In this document: one piece after another, positions 1-8,160 of the stretch | Position numbering within the stretch: the stretch's first letter is position 1 | Layout: each line of letters starts with the position of its first letter | Source of the DNA: an uncultured Verrucomicrobiaceae bacterium | Lineage (GTDB): Bacteria > Pseudomonadota > Gammaproteobacteria > Pseudomonadales > CAMLJR01 | Length of the DNA stretch: 64,000 nt | Assembly (NCBI GenBank): GCA_964500675.1 | Contig: CAZCNY010000005.1 | Location: forward strand, 73,612 to 137,611 | Reading direction: 5' to 3' | Position numbers and translations under genes: made by a program | Notes under the pieces: generated by a model | Seen by the model: only the letters and a program-made list of their open reading frames with translations | The model's database searches: none | What the model was told of the DNA's origin: nothing

Positions 1-94
1 GCGTTCGATAGCTATAACGAAGAAGATGGGAAATGGTTGACGCCGGAATCAGAAAATTTGCGCAATGACTCCGCACAATATTCGATGCGAACGC

Positions 95-1030
95 TCAACC
101 CGTCGCGCCGGCGGTATTTTGCGTGATGATCTCCAGCGCCGTCTCATAAAATGCGCTGATCAAATTCGAGAACGACAGCTGGAACGGATAAATCATATAG
201 ACGTCCACCGACTCCGGGCTCCAGTCGGGCAATACCGGGATAATAGTCCCCTCTTGCAGCTCGCCGGAGCAGATGATTTGTTTCGGCATCACGCCGATGC
301 CAAGCCCATGCAGTATGTACTGCTTGCTGATTTGGAAATTGTTGGCGCGCGCCCTCACCAACGGCGACAGCTCGCAACGCTTTTTGCCCTTGGTGAGTTG
401 TAGCTTGTGCGCGCCACCGTAAAAGTCGGAGTCGATGAAAGGCAACTGGTTCAATTGCGCGGGAGCGGTTATCGGTTCCGGCAACTTATCGATGAACGCA
501 GCCGACGCGCAAAGAAAACTTTCCAGTGTGAATATTTTTCTGGCAATCAAGGTGGAGTCTTGCAGCGGACCGCTGCCAAAAACGACGTCGTAACCATCTT
601 TGATTGGGTGAACCATATTGTCCACCAGGCGAATTTCAAGTTGCGATTTCGGGTAGCGCTGCAGAAAAGCCGCGCCCACTCTCGAGGCGTAGTCGATGCC
701 GATAAAAACCGGTATGGCCGCGCGCAGCCCGCCCAGCGGTTCCTGTTTGCTGCCTTCCGCCAGCGCGCGGATATCGTTGGCTTCGGCCAGGATCTTAAGG
801 CCATGGCTATAAATTTTTTCGCCGAGATCGGTCACGGTTATCTGGTGCGTATTTTTTCGCAGCAGCTTAATGCCCAGATCGGATTCCAACTGGCTGATTT
901 TGCGGCTGACCGTGGATTTGGGCATGTTCAATAGCGCCGCTGCCCTGGAGAGACTGCGGCATTCGACCACTTTGCCGAACACAAGCAGCGTGTCGATTTC
1001 AAAAGGGAGTTTTTGCTCCATCGGGCTCAT
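95..1030 (-). CDS. LysR-family transcriptional regulator
   Basis: 311-aa ORF. N-terminal winged-HTH (SLSRAAALLNMPKSTVSRKISQLESDLGIKLLRKN) followed by a LysR-type effector-binding domain. Divergently transcribed from the oxygenase operon starting at 1191. Confidence 0.9.
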   Translation of the reverse strand: MSPMEQKLPFEIDTLLVFGKVVECRSLSRAAALLNMPKSTVSRKISQLESDLGIKLLRKNTHQITVTDLGEKIYSHGLKILAEANDIRALAEGSKQEPLGGLRAAIPVFIGIDYASRVGAAFLQRYPKSQLEIRLVDNMVHPIKDGYDVVFGSGPLQDSTLIARKIFTLESFLCASAAFIDKLPEPITAPAQLNQLPFIDSDFYGGAHKLQLTKGKKRCELSPLVRARANNFQISKQYILHGLGIGVMPKQIICSGELQEGTIIPVLPDWSPESVDVYMIYPFQLSFSNLISAFYETALEIITQNTAGATG

Positions 1031-1053
1031 TGCTCAAAAAGACGACTGTTCCA

Positions 1054-1076
1054 AATTTGCAACACCATGTTTGAAA
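1054..1076. promoter_or_regulatory. Imperfect dyad in the LysR/oxygenase divergent promoter region (candidate regulator box)
   Basis: ATTTGCAACA-cca-TGTTTGAAAT. The arms match 8/10 as reverse complements, and the site lies between the two divergent start codons. Binding is not demonstrated. Confidence 0.3.
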
Positions 1077-1190
1077 TCAGGCTCTTCTTGCGAGATTTAG
1101 TCAAGTGGTAAAGTCGTCGCGTTCGCCAGTCGCCACCGCGACAGCGCTGAATGCGGTCGCCCGCGACCCAACAATAATGAGGACAACGTT

Positions 1191-2486
1191 ATGAGTCTGA
1201 AGCCCATTGTCAGCAAGCCCGAAAGCGGATTCTGGCACGATGCCTATCCTGAGTTGGGCAGAGGGCCGGTTTCGTTAGAGGACAGCGTGTGCCCGCGGTT
1301 TTACGCGAAAGAAAAAGAACACATCTTCAAAAAGAATTGGCTGTATGTCGGGCGCGTCGAGCAGCTGCCCAAAAAGGGCAGCTACTTCACGCGCGAACTG
1401 CCCACGCTGGATACTTCGGTGATTTTGGTGCGCGACAAGGACGATGTTATTCGCGCGCTTCACAATATCTGTCCGCATCGCGGCAATAAACTGGTTTGGC
1501 AGGACGATCCCTTCGAGGAAACGCAGGGCACGGCGCCGTTATTTTATTGCCGCTTTCATGGTTGGCGTTACAACCTCGACGGCTCGCTGATTAAACCCTC
1601 GCGCGAAGATTTGCTGCTCGATTTCGACAAAACCAAGTGCAGCGTGCCGTCGATACAGTGCGAAATATGGAAGGGATTTATTTTCATTAATTTGAATCGC
1701 GACAACAAAGAAACGGTGCGCGATTTTCTCGGCGAGTTCGCTGAAGGGATAGAAGGTTATCCGTTCGAGCGGCCGTATCAGCTGTATAAATTCAAAGCGG
1801 AGCTGCAATGCAATTGGAAAATTTTCATGGATGGTTTTGCCGAGAGCTATCACGGGCCGTATTTGCACGCCGGTTCGTTCGGCGCGCTGACCGAAGTCGC
1901 CAAAATGGACAAAGCCAATCCTTACACCGACGCGCTGGCGTTCCAGATCAAAGGGCTGCACCGGATGTTTTCGTTTTACGGCGAGCCCTCGAAGCAGACG
2001 CCGTTTTCGCGCCCCATCGAATGTCTGACCGAATCGAGTCCGGCCGGACCGTGGCATAAAAAAGCCGACACGGGTCCGCTGCCAAAGGGGTTGAATCCAA
2101 CCCGCTCCGAGAAATACGGCTTCGATTCGTTTCAGTTTTTCCCCAATTTTGTGTTGATCTTCGGTTCTTCAGGCTTTACCACGCATACGCATTGGCCGAC
2201 CGGACCGCATTCGCACATTATCGAAGTGGAAATGTTTTACCGGCCGCCGCAAAGCCACAAAGAGCGCATCGCACAGGAGCTGACAGTATCGTTCCTCAAC
2301 GACATCGTGCTGGAGGATGCGAGCCCGCTCGAAGGCATGCAGGCGATGTTGAATAGCGGCGCGCTCAAGCAGTTTTACGTGAACGATGAGGAAATTTTGA
2401 TTCGTCATTTGCATAAAGTTGTGCAAGACGCCGTCGCCGATGGCGAGAAACAGAGCGAAGCGAAAAATAAAGGAGGCATCCAATGA
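1191..2486 (+). CDS. Rieske non-heme iron oxygenase, alpha (catalytic) subunit
   Basis: 431-aa ORF with GAGGA RBS at 1179-1183. Rieske [2Fe-2S] ligands CPHRG...CRFHGW. Mononuclear-iron motif DGFAESYHGPYLH in the C-terminal catalytic domain. No beta subunit, ferredoxin or reductase gene is adjacent. Confidence 0.9.
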   Translation: MSLKPIVSKPESGFWHDAYPELGRGPVSLEDSVCPRFYAKEKEHIFKKNWLYVGRVEQLPKKGSYFTRELPTLDTSVILVRDKDDVIRALHNICPHRGNKLVWQDDPFEETQGTAPLFYCRFHGWRYNLDGSLIKPSREDLLLDFDKTKCSVPSIQCEIWKGFIFINLNRDNKETVRDFLGEFAEGIEGYPFERPYQLYKFKAELQCNWKIFMDGFAESYHGPYLHAGSFGALTEVAKMDKANPYTDALAFQIKGLHRMFSFYGEPSKQTPFSRPIECLTESSPAGPWHKKADTGPLPKGLNPTRSEKYGFDSFQFFPNFVLIFGSSGFTTHTHWPTGPHSHIIEVEMFYRPPQSHKERIAQELTVSFLNDIVLEDASPLEGMQAMLNSGALKQFYVNDEEILIRHLHKVVQDAVADGEKQSEAKNKGGIQ

Positions 2487-2806
2487 GTTCGCTGCTGCCA
2501 AAACAATTCGCTGACCTCGAACATCTCGTTCCCGAATGGGCCATTGAAGATGGCCAGCAACGTTATTTAAAACGCGTCAATAGCACGATGGAGCAACTCA
2601 AGGCGTTTTACGACAAGATGTTTCCGCGCGGCAAAGAAGCGATCGAGTACATCGATCGGTTTGATTATCAACAGCCGCTGCCGCAGGATGCGGCGAATCT
2701 GCGCAATCTGGTTTATGCGTTGATCACCGTTGCGCTCGCGGTTGAAGTCTGGAAACAACCGCGCGTAAAACATTCGGCGCGTACGGTGCTGACACGTCTG
2801 GCTTGA
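2483..2806 (+). CDS. Hypothetical 107-aa protein, start/stop-overlapped with the Rieske oxygenase
   Basis: ATGA start/stop overlap with the upstream gene, on the same strand and inside the operon. No signal peptide and no motif I recognise. One hydrophobic stretch (LVYALITVALAVEVW). Confidence 0.55.
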   Translation: MSSLLPKQFADLEHLVPEWAIEDGQQRYLKRVNSTMEQLKAFYDKMFPRGKEAIEYIDRFDYQQPLPQDAANLRNLVYALITVALAVEVWKQPRVKHSARTVLTRLA

Positions 2807-2840
2807 TGCCGAGATAACGAATTTTTGCGAGGAACCAAAC

Positions 2841-3659
2841 ATGGCACTCGAAGTAATCGATCTGACGCCGCGTATCGGCAGCGAGATCAGAACAGATCTT
2901 GAAACCTTATTGCGCGGTTCCGAGGCGCAAAACATTCGCGGCATTTTGGAGCAGCGCGGCGTCATTTTTTTTCGCGGTCTTGATATCAGCGACCAGCAAC
3001 AGGTGACCATCGCCAAAACGCTGGGCCATCCGCTCAAGGAGGGCGGCGGCGAGGATGGCGTCTATAAAATTTCGCTGGATTCGAGCGTGAATAAAAAAGC
3101 CGATTATCTGCGAGGCTCGATGCTCTGGCACGTCGATGGCTCCACGCAGGAAAAACCGTATCTGGGTACGATGCTGCGCGCGGTCAAACTGGCAGACCAG
3201 GGCGGACAAACGGAATTCTGTAACACCTATGCCGCTTACGATGATTTGCCGGAAGCAGAAAAGTGCGCGCTCGAAAAACTTCGCGTCGTGCACAGCATGG
3301 AAAGGTCGCTGTGGTGTTTATACGCCGAGCCGAGCTATGAACAAGTGCAGGCGTGGCAGGAAATACCCGCTAAATCTTGCCCGCTGGTGTGGACGCATAA
3401 AACCGGACGCAAATCATTGCTGCTCGGCGCAACGGCCGATTACGTCGAAGGCATGTCGCCCGAAGCGAGCAGAAAACTGCTGGTGCGTCTGCGCGAGTGG
3501 GCGACCCAACCGCAATTTGTCTACCACCACGAGTGGCAAGTGAGCGATTTAATTATCTGGAGCAACACCGGCGCCATGCATCGCGCATTACCCTACGCCG
3601 CCGATAGCGGCCGCTTGATGATCCGCACCACATTGGAGGGCGAAGAACCGCTGAATTGA
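2841..3659 (+). CDS. TauD/TfdA-family Fe(II)/2-oxoglutarate-dependent dioxygenase
   Basis: 272-aa ORF. HxD of the facial triad in LWHVDGS and the distal His in GAMHRALPY. Length and layout are typical of taurine/sulfonate/phenoxyalkanoate dioxygenases. The substrate cannot be called. Confidence 0.87.
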   Translation: MALEVIDLTPRIGSEIRTDLETLLRGSEAQNIRGILEQRGVIFFRGLDISDQQQVTIAKTLGHPLKEGGGEDGVYKISLDSSVNKKADYLRGSMLWHVDGSTQEKPYLGTMLRAVKLADQGGQTEFCNTYAAYDDLPEAEKCALEKLRVVHSMERSLWCLYAEPSYEQVQAWQEIPAKSCPLVWTHKTGRKSLLLGATADYVEGMSPEASRKLLVRLREWATQPQFVYHHEWQVSDLIIWSNTGAMHRALPYAADSGRLMIRTTLEGEEPLN

Positions 3660-3748
3660 ATGTCTCGACCCGGCCCTTTGCAATCTTGCGGTTTTTGCGA
3701 ACCCAATGACGTCTTATCGACTTTGAAATGCCTAAGACAACGGTGGTG

Positions 3749-5059
3749 CTAAGCAGGGTTTTGAAATCTTACGATGACATCTAAACCGCCAAGCGAACCC
3801 GGGCTTTTGAGCTCGATATTGGCGTGATGGCGATCGGCGATTTCTTTGACGATCGCCAGCCCCAATCCATTGCCTTCAGTATCAGAATTTCTGCCTCGAT
3901 AGAATCGATCGAAAATCCGGGGCTGGTCTTCCGCAGCGACACCCGGACCTGCATCGCTTACGATTAGATGCGGTTCTGGAATCGAATTGATCAATACATC
4001 AACGCGACCGCCGCTGCTTGAATATTTAATGGCATTATCGATGAGATTGCGCAGTAATACTTTCAATGAAAAAGGATCGCCCAACACCAAAGCGGGCGCC
4101 GATGCCAATACGCCAAGGTCCATGTTTTTTTCGTGTGCATTGGGAAGCGCCTCCTCTACCGCAGCGCGAGCTGCAGCAACGAGATTGACGGTGCTAAATG
4201 CCGTGTGCGACACATCGGATGAACTGCGTGCCAACGCTAATAGCTGACGCGCAAGATTGACGCAGCGCTCCAGACTCGCCTTAACATCGTGCACGGCCTG
4301 TAATCGTCGCTCTTCAGTTTTCGCTCGCTCCAAAACTTGGAATTGCACTTGTAATGCCGTCAGGGGTGTGAGTATTTCGTGCGCAGCATCCGTAATAAAA
4401 TTCTTTTGTGAAGCAATAACTTGTTTCAGGCGCCCCAATAAATCATTCAGTGCATTGGCGACCGGCAATAACTCATTCGGCAAATTTTTCGCTGACACCT
4501 CGTGCAAAGCCGTGGGGGATCGCGCGCGAAGCTCATTTGTAAATTGTTTAAATGGCTTAAGGCTACGATCGACGACGAACCAGAGCACTAATAAAAAAAA
4601 TGGAATCAATAGCGTAATTTGCGTGGCTATACCCGATGTAAGCAGGGTTAATACTTTAGATTGAACTCGAAGCGGCTGAGCAACGGCGATGACACTGTCG
4701 GGTTCTATGCGGGTATAAACCCGCCAGTCTTCACCTGAAATCGCTTCGGTTCTAAAGCCGCTCGCAACCGGACGCTCGATATCAAGATGCCGGCACGAAA
4801 GATATGCCGGATTTTTAGCGTCGCCCTTCCATATCGCTAGCGCGAGGTTTACACGAGTGGTGTCTTCGCATGGATTGTCATCGATTTTCTTTTCGAGAAC
4901 GTCCTTGGGAACCACGCGAGAAAATTCCATGAGTTGAACATCGTAAAATTGAACAAGCCCACGCCGAGAATCCACGAGAAATTTACAAATAATGATGACG
5001 GTCAGTAGCACAATGGAAAGCAGTAGCGAAATCAGCAGAAAATGACGAATCGATTTCAT
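3749..5059 (-). CDS. Two-component sensor histidine kinase (periplasmic sensing, HAMP-DHp-CA)
   Basis: 436 aa. Two TM segments flank a ~120-aa periplasmic domain. H-box AAHEILTPLTAL, N-box LIDNAIKYS, G-boxes DAGPGV and GNGLGLAIV. 4-nt overlap with the response-regulator gene. Confidence 0.92.
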   Translation of the reverse strand: MKSIRHFLLISLLLSIVLLTVIIICKFLVDSRRGLVQFYDVQLMEFSRVVPKDVLEKKIDDNPCEDTTRVNLALAIWKGDAKNPAYLSCRHLDIERPVASGFRTEAISGEDWRVYTRIEPDSVIAVAQPLRVQSKVLTLLTSGIATQITLLIPFFLLVLWFVVDRSLKPFKQFTNELRARSPTALHEVSAKNLPNELLPVANALNDLLGRLKQVIASQKNFITDAAHEILTPLTALQVQFQVLERAKTEERRLQAVHDVKASLERCVNLARQLLALARSSSDVSHTAFSTVNLVAAARAAVEEALPNAHEKNMDLGVLASAPALVLGDPFSLKVLLRNLIDNAIKYSSSGGRVDVLINSIPEPHLIVSDAGPGVAAEDQPRIFDRFYRGRNSDTEGNGLGLAIVKEIADRHHANIELKSPGSLGGLDVIVRFQNPA

Positions 5060-5718
5060 GAAGCGGAGATAACCGTGTAACCAACGCCGCGAACCGTGAC
5101 GATAAAGTCTGCACCCAAGCGTTTGCGCAATGCGTGCACATAAACTTCGATGGTATTGCTCTCCACCTCATGCCCCCATGCGTAGAGTTTTTCTTTCAAT
5201 TGGTCGCGCGACAGGATGGCGCCTGGACGTTCGATTAGGGCATGCAGTAAAAAGAATTCACGTGTGGTCAGCGCAACATCCTGGCCACTCACATTCACCT
5301 GATGCGTCGCTAAATTTAAACTGACACCGCGATGCGTAATGATCGGTTCGGCCCGTCCTGCGCGGCGCCGCAGCAACGCACGAATACGCGCACCCAATTC
5401 ATCGAGATCAAAAGGTTTTGTTAAATAATCATCGGCACCGCTATCGAGCCCGAGTACGCGATCAGCAGGTGCTTCTCGAGCCGTTACAATGAGAACGGCG
5501 ATGTCATTATTTTCCGTGCGCAACTTGCGCAAAATACCGAGCCCTCCCTGTCCCGGCAAGCCCAGGTCGAGGATGACCAGATCGTGCAAGCGCGTTCTGA
5601 GTTGCGCGTCTGCTTCGTCACCATCGCGCACCCAGTCCACCGCATAACCTTCTTCGCGCAAGGTTTCGTAGACGCCGCGTCCGATCAGACGATCATCTTC
5701 TACTAACAGCAATCTCAT
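5056..5718 (-). CDS. OmpR/PhoB-family DNA-binding response regulator
   Basis: 220 aa. Receiver domain (MRLLLVEDD, LVILDLGLPG, TAR, KPF) plus a C-terminal winged helix (TTREFFLLHAL...TVRGVGY). Confidence 0.94.
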   Translation of the reverse strand: MRLLLVEDDRLIGRGVYETLREEGYAVDWVRDGDEADAQLRTRLHDLVILDLGLPGQGGLGILRKLRTENNDIAVLIVTAREAPADRVLGLDSGADDYLTKPFDLDELGARIRALLRRRAGRAEPIITHRGVSLNLATHQVNVSGQDVALTTREFFLLHALIERPGAILSRDQLKEKLYAWGHEVESNTIEVYVHALRKRLGADFIVTVRGVGYTVISAS

Positions 5719-5823
5719 CGTGTCGTATCCGAACTCCGCGTTGCGCGACCGCCGAGCATAAGTCTCAAGTCTTAACCCAACATTAAATTTATACGCTGAA
5801 TTGACTCGAATCCGGCCAAAAAA

Positions 5824-5859
5824 TTAAGGCCCCATTAAGCATAGCTTGGCAAAGTGCAG
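5824..5859 (+). promoter_or_regulatory. Phased motif TTAAG-N6-TTAAG-N6-TTGGCAAAGTGCAG upstream of paralog A, in the region shared with the divergent two-component operon
   Basis: TTAAG at 5824-5828 and 5835-5839 (11-bp phasing), and TTGGCAAAGTGCAG at 5846-5859. The same architecture recurs at 8009-8045, with different spacer sequences. Confidence 0.45.
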
Positions 5860-5953
5860 ATGACTGGCTGACCGATGCAGCAGTTAACCATAAGCATGTA
5901 TCCAACGGCAGATCAATAAAGCACCTAAACATAATTAAACAAGAGCTAATTTC

Positions 5954-7909
5954 ATGGACCCACTCAGTCTAACGAGCTTCAAACAACGTAAATTAAATGT
6001 GGCCCTGCTGTGTCTGCTTTCATTGTCCACTGTTGGGTTAATTGCCTGCGGTGGCGGACATTCATCATCACATGCCGCTTCATCTGCTACCGAAGATCAC
6101 CCCGCACCCGCCCCGGAGCCTGTCAGCGTCGAAGAATTACCGATGCCCCCGACAGCGCCATCGAATACGGCGGGCGCCTGCAATGCGACAATCAATTCGC
6201 ACGGAACTGGCTGCATCAGCGGCATTATACAATCGGGAAGTTTTTTACCCGACGGGCATCACGTCGTGGCTGCCGTCAATTTTGCAGGCGCACCGGCCGC
6301 CCCCGATCCGGCCAGTATTTACAGCGGCACGCAACTAATTATCGTCAAAACCGATGGCACGACATTTTCGAACGGCGATGCATGGAAATGCGTGACCTGC
6401 GGCATGCCCGATGCGAATGCGCAAGGCATTAATACAACCCGTGATTATCCGCAGACATTTCACGACGGCAAACGCTTAATGGCCGGAACGAATATTTTCG
6501 ATTGCTCGCCACATCTGTTGACCGATGACGATTGCACACCCGATCAAATGCACGCATACCCGATCCGCTGGAACGTAACGGCTGACGGCTCCGGCAATGG
6601 CGGCTCTATTCGCGAATTGCGTTTGCATCCCGACGACGCGCATCTGGGGTTTAACGCGGTATTTATTGGTGGCGGCAAATACGATGAGTACGGCTATCTG
6701 AGTCGTCTCGTATTTAATCCTTCGCCGAGCACCGGCACGCCGCTGGTACCGCGTTACGACCTCGAAAAAGTAACGCTGCTTTTTCAAGAGGGCTTGGATA
6801 AGCGGGTGCTAGCGGTGAATCCGAAAAATCCGAACGAATTAGTTATCAATCACCATGCGATTGAAGTCGGTGAATTTCGCGGCTTCACCAAAAATGGTCG
6901 CGAGGTGATGTACATCGGCTATCCATTCGAATCGAGTAACATTGATGTGTTCGCCGCCGACCTCACTACCGGCGCGGTGCGTCGATTGACAAGCAATCCT
7001 GAATATACCGATCCCGTCGATTCTTCGCCCGACGATAATTGGATTGTGGCAATGGATACACGCGGTTCCGATCGTCAAGAATTTCTCGCGGCAATGCGCT
7101 GGATTCCGCCGATTACCGACGTGGTAACCACCAGTGCGACATCCTCGACTCGCAACAACGGCAATCGCCGTTTCTTCCAACCGATTTTGATCGATCGTTA
7201 TGGCGATCGCGGTGATTATCAGGGACAGCAACTCAATGCTGGCAACGGTGCGCCCGGTAGCATTAGCGATCCGAATTGGAACGGTATGGCCGATCCGCGC
7301 TGGTCGCCCGATGGCACGAGCGTGGTGTATTGGCAAGCGATGGTGGTCAGCCCGGCATGTGGTGGCATCAATCCATTGCCTTGCCCGGTTTCGACAGAGC
7401 CTGGCGGGCGCACATCGCGCATGATGATTGCGCGCCTCACGAGTCGGCAGCCATTGTCGATCGCGCAGCCGGCGGTTATTTCCGATACGGTGCCGTGGGG
7501 CACGCCATACGTGCCAGGTAGCGCAGCTCCAGTACGTGCACATATTCCGGAAGGATCGTATGTATTAAAAGGACAAGTTTCGGGGACAGCGAATGTGCAA
7601 ATTACCGAAACCGCGGATAAAAGCGCAATTGCCACCGTGGCTGTCGATTACAAGAATTATGCGGATGTTTCTGGATACACCATCAATGGCACTGAAAGCG
7701 TAACAGGTACTCGCCCGAGTATTACGAAAATCAGCGTCGATTGGTATTCGAATTTGGATCAGCGCGGCAATGTAACTGGTTCTAAAGTAACGAGCGTGGA
7801 TGGGTTTCATCTCATCATCGATGTCTTGACGAATCTTTTCAATGCGACCGGTACGCTCACCACAACGATCGACGGCAAAGTGTATACACAGCCTGCCAAT
7901 GGTACTTAA
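5954..7909 (+). CDS. Predicted lipoprotein, Cys-rich PD40/TolB-like beta-propeller protein of unknown function (paralog A)
   Basis: 651 aa. Lipoprotein signal with lipobox LIAC followed by a low-complexity linker (GGGHSSSHAASSATEDHPAPAPEP). PD40-like blade motifs (FLPDGHHVVA, SSPDDNWIVAMDTR, DPRWSPDGTSVVYWQ). Eight Cys are conserved with paralog B. It has its own intrinsic terminator. Confidence 0.85.
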   Translation: MDPLSLTSFKQRKLNVALLCLLSLSTVGLIACGGGHSSSHAASSATEDHPAPAPEPVSVEELPMPPTAPSNTAGACNATINSHGTGCISGIIQSGSFLPDGHHVVAAVNFAGAPAAPDPASIYSGTQLIIVKTDGTTFSNGDAWKCVTCGMPDANAQGINTTRDYPQTFHDGKRLMAGTNIFDCSPHLLTDDDCTPDQMHAYPIRWNVTADGSGNGGSIRELRLHPDDAHLGFNAVFIGGGKYDEYGYLSRLVFNPSPSTGTPLVPRYDLEKVTLLFQEGLDKRVLAVNPKNPNELVINHHAIEVGEFRGFTKNGREVMYIGYPFESSNIDVFAADLTTGAVRRLTSNPEYTDPVDSSPDDNWIVAMDTRGSDRQEFLAAMRWIPPITDVVTTSATSSTRNNGNRRFFQPILIDRYGDRGDYQGQQLNAGNGAPGSISDPNWNGMADPRWSPDGTSVVYWQAMVVSPACGGINPLPCPVSTEPGGRTSRMMIARLTSRQPLSIAQPAVISDTVPWGTPYVPGSAAPVRAHIPEGSYVLKGQVSGTANVQITETADKSAIATVAVDYKNYADVSGYTINGTESVTGTRPSITKISVDWYSNLDQRGNVTGSKVTSVDGFHLIIDVLTNLFNATGTLTTTIDGKVYTQPANGT

Positions 7910-7930
7910 CGATTAACCGGGTTATTTTTT

Positions 7931-7957
7931 ACCCCTCGTACGAGGGGTCTTTTTTCT
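7931..7957 (+). terminator. Rho-independent terminator after paralog A
   Basis: ACCCCTCG-ta-CGAGGGGT perfect 8-bp GC-rich stem followed by CTTTTTTCTT, about 20 nt after the stop codon. Confidence 0.85.
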
Positions 7958-8008
7958 TAAGTCAATATTAAATTGAATGGCATTTGCTCCTTATATTGAA
8001 AAGCAAAC

Positions 8009-8045
8009 TTAAGACGTATTTAAGAAAAACCTGGCAAAGTGCCAG
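8009..8045 (+). promoter_or_regulatory. Phased motif TTAAG-N6-TTAAG-N6-CTGGCAAAGTGCCAG upstream of paralog B
   Basis: TTAAG at 8009-8013 and 8020-8024. CTGGCA-AAG-TGCCAG at 8031-8045 is a perfect palindrome. It lies 116 nt upstream of the ATG at 8161. Confidence 0.45.
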
Positions 8046-8160
8046 TGGGTAAAACGGTGAGGTATTTTTTATGCAGATCGATTGAGCGTGGTTTTTTGCT
8101 GCTCTTTCACTGGTTCCGTGACATCCAATAACGTCCATAAATCGCAACGGAGCGAGTATC

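Noticed and set aside
1-126. Open frame running in from the left edge (AFDSYNEEDGKWLTPESENLRNDSAQYSMRTLNPSRRRYFA-stop), possible 3' end of an upstream plus-strand gene
   Set aside because: Only 41 codons are visible with no recognisable motif, and it would overlap the LysR 3' end by 32 nt. This is not enough evidence to call it.
5846-5859. TGGCA...TGC in the shared upstream motif as a sigma-54 (-24/-12) promoter
   Set aside because: The GG and GC dinucleotides are only 8 nt apart (TTGGCAAAGTGC) rather than the 10-11 nt of TGGCAC-N5-TTGC. No bacterial enhancer-binding protein (AAA+ activator) is encoded nearby.
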